Shown: positions 20,635 to 30,185 of the stretch, in pieces
How positions within the stretch are numbered: position 1 is the first letter of the stretch
How the letters are laid out: each line of letters opens with the position of its first letter
NCBI GenBank assembly: GCA_965214835.1
Contig: CBDCCK010000002.1
Location: forward strand, 1,696,001-1,760,000
Reading direction: 5' to 3'
Length of the DNA: 64,000 nucleotides
From: Nitrosopumilaceae archaeon
Lineage (GTDB): Archaea > Thermoproteota > Nitrososphaeria > Nitrososphaerales > Nitrosopumilaceae
Notes under the pieces: generated by a model
Databases searched by the model: none
What the model was told of the DNA's origin: nothing
What the model saw: the letters and a program-made list of their open reading frames with translations, nothing else
Program-made: the position numbers and the translations under genes

Positions 20635-21851
20635 GCCCTCGATGCGGCCTCCTCCAGGGAGCGAATCATGGGCAGCTTTTCGCCTGTAAGGTACAGGACC
20701 AGGGCCCCGCCTGCCGTACTGATGTGGTTGATCCTCTCGGCCAGCCCATATCTTTTCAGCGCGGAGGTAAGGTGCCCCCCGCTCACTATTGTGGTGGCCA
20801 TCGAGTTTGCAACCCCCTCAAGTAGCGCCCTGGTTCCAAAGCTAAAGTTCTCCCTCTCAAAGAACCCCGCAGGCCCGCTGATGAACACCGTTCCGGCCCC
20901 GGCGATTATCCTGTTATAGTGCTTCACGGTCTTTGGCCCAAGGTCGTAGATCAGCTCCCTGGGGTTCAGCTCCCTTACGTCAAGCTCCACCCTTTCGCCG
21001 TCCTTGTCTATTGCCACATCCACCGGCGTGGAGAACACGTCCGGATACTCGCCAATCAGCGTGTGCGCCTTTGCGACCACCTCCTCCTCCCTTTTGATTC
21101 CCAACTCCGACCTGATCCTTCCCTGCGCCCTCATGAACACGTTTCCAATCAGCCCCGTGAGCAGGACGTGGTCTGCCCGCCCGTTTTTGATCAGCATCTT
21201 GATCGCCTCTAGCCTGTCTGGCACCTTTGAGCCGCCCAGAACAACAACATGGGGAGCCTTGGCCACGGTCATGATTTCGTCCAGGTTCCGAACCTCGCGC
21301 TCGACTATCCTTCCTGCACAGGCAGGCAAAACGTGCGGGAATCCCACGATCGACGGGTGCGACCTGTGCGCGCTGGGAAACGAGTCTAGGACGCACAGAT
21401 CAAACAGCCTGGACAGCCTTTTGACCATTATGGTCTTTGCGGCCTCCTGCGGCGCAAACTCGTAGTTTTCCTCCGCACACAGCCTGAGGTTGTCCAAAAG
21501 CAGAATCTCCCCGTCCTTCAGGCCTTTTATCTCGTTTTGGGCAGCCTCCCCGATTACGTCCTCGACATACTTGATCTCCCTGTTTAACATGCCTCCGATG
21601 GCCTTTGCATGCCTGTCCATTCCGCTATAGTCCGTGTTTCCGACCCTTCCCTGGTGCGAGGCGACGACTACCTTTGCGCCCTGCAGGTCCCTGATTGTCT
21701 GGATTGCCTCCTCGATCCTCTTTGTTCCCGAAATCTCCATTGACTCTGGATCGATTGGGCAGTTCATGTCAACCCTCAGGAACACCGTCTTGCCCCCTAG
21801 GTCAAAATCATCTAGCGTGAGAAACTTCACAGGCTTTCTACTTTTTACCAT
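20553..21851 (-). CDS. pgk: Phosphoglycerate kinase
   Basis: LRVDMNCP, SHQGR, LLDNLR, GGSKV, HISTAGGA; start at 21851 (ATG) or 21830 (GTG). Confidence 0.95.
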   Translation of the reverse strand: MVKSRKPVKFLTLDDFDLGGKTVFLRVDMNCPIDPESMEISGTKRIEEAIQTIRDLQGAKVVVASHQGRVGNTDYSGMDRHAKAIGGMLNREIKYVEDVIGEAAQNEIKGLKDGEILLLDNLRLCAEENYEFAPQEAAKTIMVKRLSRLFDLCVLDSFPSAHRSHPSIVGFPHVLPACAGRIVEREVRNLDEIMTVAKAPHVVVLGGSKVPDRLEAIKMLIKNGRADHVLLTGLIGNVFMRAQGRIRSELGIKREEEVVAKAHTLIGEYPDVFSTPVDVAIDKDGERVELDVRELNPRELIYDLGPKTVKHYNRIIAGAGTVFISGPAGFFERENFSFGTRALLEGVANSMATTIVSGGHLTSALKRYGLAERINHISTAGGALVLYLTGEKLPMIRSLEEAASRAQSADLQPGQALSSEGPRKTSLPHEPQ

Positions 21852-22055
21852 CTTAAAATCTTTGAGCCGATCCAAAGCGGAGGACCGGGCCGGTGCAACA
21901 TGCAGGCGCGAATCTTGTTGCAGGGGAATAGGTGTGGATGAAAGCCGAGGCTGCCAGACCTGCCACGATCCAGACATGGCCTGCCATACACCTGAGAAAA
22001 AAATCCAAGCTAAACCCATATACCTGCCGGCATCAGACGTAGAGGAGTGGGATAG

Positions 22056-22724
22056 TTGCAGAAATGGATTTTTGATATTAGATCAAGGCCGTTTCTGGCC
22101 TTATCTGCGGCATCGATTGCTGTCACCCTGCTGGTCTACACCGAGGTCACTGCCGAGCTTGATGACTCGATATCTGGATATTTTGAGTCAGTGGTGGGCA
22201 ATTCGCCCCTTGACGTTATGATGCAGTATGCCACCGAGACGGGGGACGTCTTTAACATGCTGGTCTTTGCAGTAATCATAATCCTGCTGAGGCGGACCAG
22301 AAGAATTGGCATTTCCCTGATGATCCTGCTTGTAATCACGACCCTGCTGACCGGCTATGTAAAGTGCGGCGTGGACAGGGACAGGCCGGACGCTGATTAT
22401 GAGGGCCCGGACTTTCCTATACCTATCAGCCGTGACACCTTTGCCCTGTTCTGCGAGGGGAGCTTTTTTGCGTCCTATCCGTCCGGCCATGCTGCCAGAA
22501 CAATGGTGTTTGCCATAGTACTGGGCTATGCGTTATCACAGCGGTTCCCGCACGGATGCCATCTGATCCTGCTGTACCCTGCAATAGTGGGGTTCAGCAG
22601 GGTGTACCTCTTGGAGCACTATCCGATGGATGTAATCGGGGGAGTAGTCATTGCGGCGCTGCTTGCAGGCGCGCTTGCAAAGAAGACAAGGCTCTATACT
22701 ATCTTCCAGCCATCAAAAGTCTAG
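22056..22724 (+). CDS. PAP2-family phosphatase
   Basis: K......RP, YPSGHA, SRVYLLEHYPMDV. Confidence 0.92.
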   Translation: MQKWIFDIRSRPFLALSAASIAVTLLVYTEVTAELDDSISGYFESVVGNSPLDVMMQYATETGDVFNMLVFAVIIILLRRTRRIGISLMILLVITTLLTGYVKCGVDRDRPDADYEGPDFPIPISRDTFALFCEGSFFASYPSGHAARTMVFAIVLGYALSQRFPHGCHLILLYPAIVGFSRVYLLEHYPMDVIGGVVIAALLAGALAKKTRLYTIFQPSKV

Positions 22725-23027
22725 GCCTTCTACCACGTCGGCGTTTATCAGTACAATCGCATAATGCGCATCATCATGGTGGTATGTCCAGTACCTGACA
22801 CTTCTGTGCTGGCTGGCCTTTCTCAGCCCTATGTTAATCGACGTGGTAAGCGTGTATCCTATCCTCCTTGCCAGTTTGGCCTCCTTTGGCATCAAAACCT
22901 TGAATGCCTCCCGGCGATCCCTGAACCCCATCCTTACAATCTCGTCTGCCGCATCGGATGCCTCGCCTTCGCTTTTTACGTCAAATGTCTTGCAAACCGG
23001 CAGTTTTGAGGGATGAAACTCCTCCAT
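22713..23027 (-). CDS. Hypothetical protein
   Basis: ATG start, plausible composition, fills the gap between genes. Confidence 0.7.
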   Translation of the reverse strand: MEEFHPSKLPVCKTFDVKSEGEASDAADEIVRMGFRDRREAFKVLMPKEAKLARRIGYTLTTSINIGLRKASQHRSVRYWTYHHDDAHYAIVLINADVVEGLDF

Positions 23028-23151
23028 GATTCTGCCACGGATCCGTTCTCTAATATTTCTAAGCCAAAAACCATGTTAATTTTCTTAACAGATAAGTCAA
23101 ATCATGATTATACTAATAATTTAACCGTATCCTTGATCTGAATAATACTAG

Positions 23152-24444
23152 TTGGGAACGCTTCAAAAGACCGTAATCAGGCTACAGGCAAAAAAACAGG
23201 AGGCCTCTAAGATTAGGCGCCAGACTGAAAAACAGCTGAAAAACGCAAAATCCACACTGCGCCGCTCAAAATCCGGTCTTGCATCTGCAGACAGGAGGAT
23301 CGAGTCGGCAAGGGAGGAATTATCCGACGTATCCCTAGTTTTAAGCCAAAAGTCCGCCCAAAAAGACAGCATTTTGAGGCTGATTGGCGGCGCCGAGCAG
23401 CGCCTTGGCCAGGAACGGGACGCAAAGGGGCAGGCCGAGCAGGACGCCGAGTTTGCCGATACTGACGACGAAAGGCTTGCCGCACAAAGGAGACTGCACG
23501 GGATTTTGGAGAGGATATCCGACATAGAACTTGAGATTAAGAACCGTAAGAAAACGGCCAAAAAACTGGAAGACGAAATCAGCAGCTGTTCTGCCTCTAG
23601 AGACAGGATTTCAAGCCAAATCAAAAAAACCAGTCAAACAAGGCCTGAACTAAGGAAACTGCTAAGATCCAGCACCAAGGACTCTGATGAGCTGTCCGTG
23701 CGAATGGAACGCTCATCCCGGCAGGAGATTAATGCCAAAAGGAGCCTCAAAAGGGCTGAAGAAAGGCTAAAGGATCAGCTCTCTAAAAAGCCTTCAAGCC
23801 CCAAAAAGACCGCACCCAGGGCCGTCAGGAAAACAAAGCCTTCAAGCCCCAAAAAGACCGCACCCAGGGCCGTCAGGAAAACAAAGCCTTCAAGCCCCAA
23901 AAAGACCGCACCCAGGGCCGTCAGGAAAACAAAGCCTTCAAGCCCCAAAAAGACCGCACCCAGGGCCGTCAGGAAAACAAAGACTCCAAGCCCCAAAAAG
24001 ACCGCACCCAGGGCCGCCAGGAAAACAAAGCTTTCAAGCCCCAAAAAGACCGCACCCAGGACACCCAGGGCCGCCAGGAAAACAAAGCCTTCAAGCCCCA
24101 AAAAGACCGCACCCAGGGCCGCCAGGAAAACAAAGCCTTCAAGCCCCAAAAAGACCGCACCCAGGGCCGTCAGGAAAACAAAGACTCCAAGCCCCAAAAA
24201 GACCGCACCCAGGGCCGTCAGGAAAACAAAGACTCCAAGCCCCAAAAAGACCGCACCCAGGGCCGTCAGGAAAACAAAGACTCCAAGCCCCAAAAAGACC
24301 GCACCCAGGGCCGCCAGGAAAACAAAGCTTTCAAGCCCCAAAAAGACCGCACCCAGGACACCCAGGGCCGCCAGGAAAACAAAGCCTTCAAGCCCCAAAA
24401 AGACCACGGCCAAAAAAGCAACAAAGAAATCTAGAAAACGATAA
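23152..24444 (+). CDS. Coiled-coil protein with a Lys/Pro-rich SPKK-repeat (histone H1-like) tail
   Basis: About 210 aa of heptad coiled coil, then 13 SPKK-containing repeats. Confidence 0.85.
   Translation: MGTLQKTVIRLQAKKQEASKIRRQTEKQLKNAKSTLRRSKSGLASADRRIESAREELSDVSLVLSQKSAQKDSILRLIGGAEQRLGQERDAKGQAEQDAEFADTDDERLAAQRRLHGILERISDIELEIKNRKKTAKKLEDEISSCSASRDRISSQIKKTSQTRPELRKLLRSSTKDSDELSVRMERSSRQEINAKRSLKRAEERLKDQLSKKPSSPKKTAPRAVRKTKPSSPKKTAPRAVRKTKPSSPKKTAPRAVRKTKPSSPKKTAPRAVRKTKTPSPKKTAPRAARKTKLSSPKKTAPRTPRAARKTKPSSPKKTAPRAARKTKPSSPKKTAPRAVRKTKTPSPKKTAPRAVRKTKTPSPKKTAPRAVRKTKTPSPKKTAPRAARKTKLSSPKKTAPRTPRAARKTKPSSPKKTTAKKATKKSRKR
23788..24405 (+). repeat. Coding tandem repeat, 48-bp unit (two 57-bp variants), ~13 copies
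   Basis: Unit AAAACAAAGCCTTCAAGCCCCAAAAAGACCGCACCCAGGGCCGTCAGG = KTKPSSPKKTAPRAVR. Confidence 0.95.
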
Positions 24445-24452
24445 CCCTAGAC

Positions 24453-25067
24453 ATGCCGATGAATAAACGGGGTCTCATAATCATAGGAATTGGCGTACTG
24501 CTAGCCTCAATATCGTTTGGCATTGCGTTTACTGTGTTTCCTGATTCTGATCCCACCGTAAACAGCGAGCTGTTTGTCCCGAGTCTGCTTGAGGGAATGT
24601 TTGATCAAATATCTGATCAATCCGTGGTTTTTCCCGGCGACAGCTATGTTTTCAGCTATTCAGCTAAAAACTCAGGAGTTCCCCTGATGTGGGGGGCCCA
24701 GATTGTCGACTTTGAGTCAGGTGACGCAATCCAGGTGAGGGTATCTGACATCTATGGTGATGATCTTGGTTCTGTGCAGACCGGCGAGCCTGTTATTTTT
24801 GACGTGTTTATGACTGAAAACAACGGATCATATAACTTTGAAATTACAAACATCGGGGATCGCAGCATGGCTGTCATGATGATGTTCGTCGAGGATCCCG
24901 AAAACTCTGACATACTAAACGATCCTGACTCCCCACTGGTCAGCATTGTCGTGCCTCTGGCAATATCTGGCATTGTTCTGCTGGTGGGGGTTATAGTAAT
25001 CATTGCGGGTGCAGTTTTACTTGTAATGGATTGGAAAAAAGAGAAAAATCGGCCTAGATACTATTAG
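24453..25067 (+). CDS. Membrane-anchored hypothetical protein
   Basis: N- and C-terminal transmembrane segments around a soluble acidic domain. Confidence 0.75.
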   Translation: MPMNKRGLIIIGIGVLLASISFGIAFTVFPDSDPTVNSELFVPSLLEGMFDQISDQSVVFPGDSYVFSYSAKNSGVPLMWGAQIVDFESGDAIQVRVSDIYGDDLGSVQTGEPVIFDVFMTENNGSYNFEITNIGDRSMAVMMMFVEDPENSDILNDPDSPLVSIVVPLAISGIVLLVGVIVIIAGAVLLVMDWKKEKNRPRYY

Positions 25068-25357
25068 GAAATTTTTTCCATTTCGCCAAACTTGCCTTTT
25101 GTAAGAGCAATCTCGCCCTTGAAGGAGTTGATGTATCCGTTAGTAATCTTGACTTTGTCGCCGTCATTTACCTCTTTAATGTCCTCTGCCCACAATGTGA
25201 GCTTGATTTCGCCGGCCTCGTCAACAAGGTATGCATCACAAACATCAATGGATCCGCCTGATTTCATATTTACAGTTCTTGTTTCGCCCTTTCTTTGTAT
25301 GGTACCTTCAATGTCGACTTTGCTCCTCATGTTTTTTGCTTCTTCAGTCGTGACCAT
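25064..25357 (-). CDS. Single OB-fold ssDNA-binding protein (crenarchaeal SSB/RPA-like)
   Basis: LVDEAGEIKLTLW, GDKVKITNGY..FKGEIAL..GKFG. Confidence 0.88.
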   Translation of the reverse strand: MVTTEEAKNMRSKVDIEGTIQRKGETRTVNMKSGGSIDVCDAYLVDEAGEIKLTLWAEDIKEVNDGDKVKITNGYINSFKGEIALTKGKFGEMEKIS

Positions 25358-25607
25358 GAAATGACTGACTCCTAGCGCAATTATAAAGTTTAGTTTTGGG
25401 GGTTCTGTGTAATCTTCGGGACATGAAACCCAGATCTTCTTTGGGTTGGAATTTTGTGCCCAAGTAGAATCCTAGGATGGCGGGTGGACGGAACCCCATA
25501 CGTCTACTAGTCCATCAGGGGACCGCACCGTAATTGATCTGTTTGCATCTGCCGGTTTTGTCAAGATGGTCTAAATTCCTTGATTTTCTGCCTGACTGGG
25601 GTACTTT

Positions 25608-26468
25608 TCACTTAGCTGACCAATATACGTAAACTCCCCAGTGAGAGTACGGCCATACATACGACAATGTCTCTGGATTTGGTTCTTCATTTTGTACAGT
25701 GTATGAAAAATCGTTGTTTATTCCAGCATGATCACGGAATGCCCCGGCATCGCACAGCCCTCCATAGTTGCTGCTTGGAACAACTTTTGTGAAATCGTAC
25801 GGTTGCGATGCTGCGCCAGTCCAGGATGCATATTCGGCAGTCATATGATATCCGTTATTTCTCAGAATCTGCTGAGTGCTACTTAGTGTGCTTCCAGCAT
25901 CATAGGTAGTTGGTGTTGGGTCTAGCATGTGTGGATCCAAGAAATTGCCACCGCACCAAGTAGGCCATGAGTCATGATGCACAGGTGTGATTTTACCATG
26001 TAATGTGTCTGGTATCACACTTGGTGTTGTTCCAACATGACCTCCATCGCTGTCAGAAAATAGCTTTCTGAACTCCCCTGATTCAAAATCAGTCATGATG
26101 TCATGAATTTGCTCATCGATGTCGGTTTCTAGCTCATTTACCTGGCCAACGGGACCGCCATCCACATCCATAAGACGGTCATTATACAGTACATATCTTT
26201 GTGATATTTGGATGTCCAATTCGCTAATGCGTGGATCGTTTTGAGCGGATTCCATGTCTATGTCAAAGTGATAATCTTCGTCTATTGAGATGTGTTCTTC
26301 CATGACATTGAACGCGTGAAGAATGTCTGATTTTTCATATGCCGTAGTTTTTTGCGTGTCGTCTTCAACGCCCCCCGGAGCTTCTTGTGCCACTGCATTT
26401 GTCATTCCCACAGGAGCCAGCAGTGCCGGTACCAAGAGAGGCATTACGGATGTTGTTTTGCTGTTCAT
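25608..26468 (-). CDS. Secreted hypothetical protein A (signal peptide, acidic pro-region, Trp/Tyr/Cys-rich C-terminal domain)
   Basis: MNSKTT...PALLAPVGMTNAVA signal peptide; C-terminal EPNPETLSYVWPYSHWGVYVYW. Confidence 0.75.
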   Translation of the reverse strand: MNSKTTSVMPLLVPALLAPVGMTNAVAQEAPGGVEDDTQKTTAYEKSDILHAFNVMEEHISIDEDYHFDIDMESAQNDPRISELDIQISQRYVLYNDRLMDVDGGPVGQVNELETDIDEQIHDIMTDFESGEFRKLFSDSDGGHVGTTPSVIPDTLHGKITPVHHDSWPTWCGGNFLDPHMLDPTPTTYDAGSTLSSTQQILRNNGYHMTAEYASWTGAASQPYDFTKVVPSSNYGGLCDAGAFRDHAGINNDFSYTVQNEEPNPETLSYVWPYSHWGVYVYWSAK

Positions 26469-26481
26469 GTTCTCACCAGTC

Positions 26482-26539
26482 ACTATGCGCCTTCGTTATA
26501 TAACAATTGATATCGGTTTGCGGCATGCTTCTTTTTTCG
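26482..26539 (-). promoter_or_regulatory. Promoter-containing repeat copy 1 (drives secreted gene A)
   Basis: Reverse complement CGAAAAAAGAAGCATGCCGCAAACCGATATCAATTGTTATATAACGAAGGCGCATAG, nearly identical to 29226-29284; contains a TATA-like TTATATAA. Confidence 0.75.
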
Positions 26540-26605
26540 AGGCCGGGACGCCCAAAGTGCCGAAAGCCGGCAAGCATTTTTACCGTCCCGGACACACATG
26601 CCTTG

Positions 26606-27853
26606 ATGAAGGCAGTCCACAAGGTGACGGTGCTGGTAGCGCTGCAGATAGTCATGACACTTGCAAGTTTTGTTATGATCATACACCTCGAGTCCCAGAC
26701 GGCGCTTACCGGCAACATCGTAAACGTTGCCGGAAAGAACAGGATCCTTGCCAGCGCGGTCCTGGTGGAGCTGAATCACGTGTTGTTTCACAACCAGACG
26801 CAGGATGCACTGTCGGGATCGCTGGATGCCCTGCATGAGAACATCCGGTTTCTAAAGTCTGGGGGAACGTCATCGCAGCTGGAGATAGCCCCGCTCTCTG
26901 CACGGTTTGCAGGGGACTGGGACCGCATACGGGAAAAGGCGTCCCAGTACGGATCCCAGGTTCACGCGCTGATGGGGCAGGATGCGGTGCACTACAGGGA
27001 CATCGAGGGGATAGAACAGACGGCCAGGGAGCTTACCGAGCTCTCAGACGCCCTCACAGAGAGGCTGGGCCGCGACGTCGATGCGCTGTCATCCCAGCTT
27101 GTGGCACTGCAGGCGGCGCTTGGCGTCATCAACGCGGCCTCGCACTTGCTGGTGATCTGGGTGGTATGGAGGATTCTTGACAGACACGCGCGACAGGTGG
27201 CCGGGGTCGAGAGGATGGCCGTCCTGGGCGAGTTTGCCGCAGTCATGGCGCACAACCTGAAAAACCCGCTGGCTGCCATAATGAACGCCTCCAACAGGAT
27301 CCGGACGCACGGCGGCGGCCACGCAGTCATAGGCGGCGAGGCAGACAGGATAGACAGGTGTGCTGCCCGCATGTCGCAGCAGATCGACGGTGTGATGAGC
27401 TATGTGCGGACCAGGCCGCCCTCCATGGAGGAGTGCTCCGTGCTGGAGATGCTGGGGCAGGCAGCGGACATGGTGCAGATTCCGGGCAACGTGGATCTGA
27501 GGGCACTCGAAGGCGACGTGACGGTACGGTGCGACCGAGAGGGGATGCAGACGGTCTTTGCCAACCTGATACAGAACGCGGTGCAGGCCATCGGCGCCTC
27601 TGCCGGGCACGTCACGGTCAGGTGCGAGGAAGGCGGCGGCCACGCCACTATAACGTTTGAGAACTCGGGGCCGCCGATACCCAAAGGAGACCTGGACAGG
27701 ATATTCGAGCCGCTGTACACCACGAAGATCCGGGGGACCGGACTGGGCCTGGCCGGCTGCAGGAACATACTGGAGGCCCACGGCGCGACGATTGCGGCAT
27801 GCAACGATCCGGTAACATTTACAATACGCCTTGAAAAACATCCTGACACGTGA
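26606..27853 (+). CDS. Membrane sensor histidine kinase with a NarX/PilJ-type sensor domain
   Basis: Two TM segments; IVNVAGKNR P-box-like motif; H-box AHNLKNPL, NLIQNAVQA, FEPLYTTK, GTGLGLA. Confidence 0.92.
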   Translation: MKAVHKVTVLVALQIVMTLASFVMIIHLESQTALTGNIVNVAGKNRILASAVLVELNHVLFHNQTQDALSGSLDALHENIRFLKSGGTSSQLEIAPLSARFAGDWDRIREKASQYGSQVHALMGQDAVHYRDIEGIEQTARELTELSDALTERLGRDVDALSSQLVALQAALGVINAASHLLVIWVVWRILDRHARQVAGVERMAVLGEFAAVMAHNLKNPLAAIMNASNRIRTHGGGHAVIGGEADRIDRCAARMSQQIDGVMSYVRTRPPSMEECSVLEMLGQAADMVQIPGNVDLRALEGDVTVRCDREGMQTVFANLIQNAVQAIGASAGHVTVRCEEGGGHATITFENSGPPIPKGDLDRIFEPLYTTKIRGTGLGLAGCRNILEAHGATIAACNDPVTFTIRLEKHPDT

Positions 27854-28218
27854 TGGAGTCCAAGAAGATCCTGGTGGTGGACGACGATTACGATGTGCTC
27901 GAGTCGTGCCTGCTCATGCTTGCCGACGAGGGGCACCGCGTAGTCGACGCCTCAAACGGCTCGGAGGCCGTAGAAAAATACTTTGAGTTCGAGCCGGACA
28001 TCGTGTTCATGGACATACGCATGCCGGGCATGGACGGATACGAGGCGTTCCTTAGGATCCACAGGCGCGACGGCGATGCGCGCGTCGTCTTCACGTCAAG
28101 CTACGCGCTCAACGAGCAGAGGCATGAGCACGTGCGGAGCATCGCGTCGGTGGGGATGATCGACAAGCCCGTGGCATGGCGCGACCTCAAGCGGATGATG
28201 GGAAGGCATTCTCGGTGA
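27850..28218 (+). CDS. Single-domain response regulator (CheY-like)
   Basis: ILVVDDD, FMDIRMPGMDG, TS, KP. Confidence 0.93.
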   Translation: MMESKKILVVDDDYDVLESCLLMLADEGHRVVDASNGSEAVEKYFEFEPDIVFMDIRMPGMDGYEAFLRIHRRDGDARVVFTSSYALNEQRHEHVRSIASVGMIDKPVAWRDLKRMMGRHSR

Positions 28219-28225
28219 CGCTGCA

Positions 28226-29116
28226 TCACGGAGGGGTGCCAGAGTTCATGGCCGCGAGTCTTTTTTTGCAGTGATCCCCTGCCTCGTCAAAAAACCCCCG
28301 GTACCACGCGCGCATCTCCGGGTTCTTCTCAAACACCCTCCTAGTCCGCCCCGCGGCGTTCCTCCTTGCCTGCACGGATCTGGACGGGTGTGCATGGTAC
28401 AGGAGGTAGGTGTAAAACCAGTACGATATCTGCTCTGCCAGATCGGACTCGGATATGACCTCAAAGTTCCTCCTGTACTTTGTGTGCACGAACGACATCA
28501 GCTCGTGTACCGGGCCGTCGGCGCGTCCTGCCGCGGGCGTGTCCAGAAACAGGGCCTGGGAGAGCACCCGCAGACAGTACACGTTGTCCCCCAGCGCGGA
28601 CTTTAGCTCGTTCCACATTCCAAATATCCTGGGAAGCGTGCCCGCATACACCGATGCCATCCTGTCTATGCCGTTCCCGTCAAGATTCATCGCGTCAAGG
28701 CAGTACAGGATGCCGTGCAGCGAAAGCCTGTACTCCCAGGAATTCTTCCTCCCTGTCGTCTTTTTCTCCCTTACGGCCAGCCCCGTGTCCAGGATGCCGC
28801 CGGTGTACCTGCCCCTGTCGCGCCGCCCCACAAAGAACCGCCGGTACTCCATCTCCTTTCTCCGGACGTCGTTTATGTTGCGGAGCTCCAGCCTTGCCAT
28901 GTCCCACGTGGTGCATGCGCCATGGGCCGCCAGCAGTCCCAGCATGTGCTGCACGCTGCTCTGGTACTCTGTCCTCGTCTTTGCAAAATGGCCGCATCGC
29001 GCATGCGCCATGGGCCTCGTATGGATCTTGTACGACATGAGGTTGCCGTAGCTGTGCCAGTCCTCCATCAAGGGGGGCATGGCATGTCCCGTATTTTTTC
29101 CTATGTGTCCGCGCAC
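28226..29116 (-). CDS. Thaumarchaeal hypothetical protein, probable winged-helix regulator
   Basis: TTWDMAR...YRR...YRLSLHGILYCLD...EQISYWFY pattern; exact start uncertain. Confidence 0.65.
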   Translation of the reverse strand: MRGHIGKNTGHAMPPLMEDWHSYGNLMSYKIHTRPMAHARCGHFAKTRTEYQSSVQHMLGLLAAHGACTTWDMARLELRNINDVRRKEMEYRRFFVGRRDRGRYTGGILDTGLAVREKKTTGRKNSWEYRLSLHGILYCLDAMNLDGNGIDRMASVYAGTLPRIFGMWNELKSALGDNVYCLRVLSQALFLDTPAAGRADGPVHELMSFVHTKYRRNFEVISESDLAEQISYWFYTYLLYHAHPSRSVQARRNAAGRTRRVFEKNPEMRAWYRGFFDEAGDHCKKRLAAMNSGTPP

Positions 29117-29225
29117 GATGCAAGGGTATTCCCCACCGGATCACCTTTGCCCTGCCGGTCACGGATTTACAGCGCATGCCCGATCTGTCAGGCCAGGCGG
29201 CTTTTGGCGCCCTAGCTCCCCTGCC

Positions 29226-29284
29226 CGAAAAAAAGAAGCATGCCGCAAACCGATATCAATTGCTATATAACAAAGGCACATAAC
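29226..29284 (+). promoter_or_regulatory. Promoter-containing repeat copy 2 (drives secreted gene B)
   Basis: CGAAAAAAAGAAGCATGCCGCAAACCGATATCAATTGCTATATAACAAAGGCACATAAC; TATA-like box ~30 bp upstream of the ATG at 29298. Confidence 0.75.
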
Positions 29285-29297
29285 TACCTGTAAGGAC

Positions 29298-30166
29298 ATG
29301 AACAACAGAGCAAAAAAACCGCACTGATCCTGTCCGGTTCGCTGATCGCCGCGGCGGTTCTGCCGCTCGGCGTGGCCAGGATGGCAGATGCGGCCGCAGA
29401 CAGGGAGCAGACCAAGGAGGGATTCAAAAGCGACGTAAAGCAGTGGCTGCAGAGCCTTGGTGCTGACAAGCAGTCAAGGGCCGAAAAGACCGAGGAGCTA
29501 AAGCAGAGCTATAACGAGTTCCTGCTAGACACGATAGAGCACGTACGCGTCTTGACCGACACCGGCGATCTAACGCTTGAGGAGAAAAAGGCCGCAACGC
29601 AGTACATCGTGGATGAGACGATAAAGGACGAGCGGTTCAAGCTTGCAACGGACGGCGGCGACAGGCTCGATTCGGCGTTTCTGGACCTGCTTGGGATACA
29701 GACGGCCCAGGCCACGTGTCCGGCCACCACCAATCCTGCGTACCGGCAGCTGGCAATCGACATCGACGGCGGCACGTATGGAGGATATGCGTTTAACGGA
29801 GACAACGGCCTGTACCCTGTCCTGTACGAGGACGATCCGGGCAGCTGCGGGAGGACGTTTACACTTTCGTTCTACGACGAGGACCATCCTACATTTGACG
29901 CATTTTATGACGGCCTGAGATTCTTCCTGTTCAACAGGGTGTTTGACATCGAGTCATTCACTATCCGGAACAACAGCCAGATAATATTCGACGATTCCCG
30001 GAGCTCCGGTAATCAATATGGATGTCTAGCTGGGGCTGAAGGGTGCCACGACAGCGGCACGCTGAGCTACGCCCCGGGCCAGACGGTCTACGTAAGCAAC
30101 ACCTGGAACCACATGATGAGTATGTCTGATACAAACCCGTCCCTGGCAAAGGTCTCTGTGCCTTGA
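29298..30166 (+). CDS. Secreted hypothetical protein B; signal peptide frameshifted at an A7 run
   Basis: The ATG at 29298 gives MNNRAKK(TALILSGSLIAAAVLPLGVARMA) only if the A run at 29312-29318 has 8 (or 5) A's; the body is ORF 29372-30166. Confidence 0.7.
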
Positions 30167-30185
30167 CCCACTTTTTATTTTAGAA

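Noticed and set aside
23775-24413. 212-aa hydrophobic repeat ORF on the minus strand
   Set aside because: It is the antisense shadow of the Lys/Pro-rich repeat.
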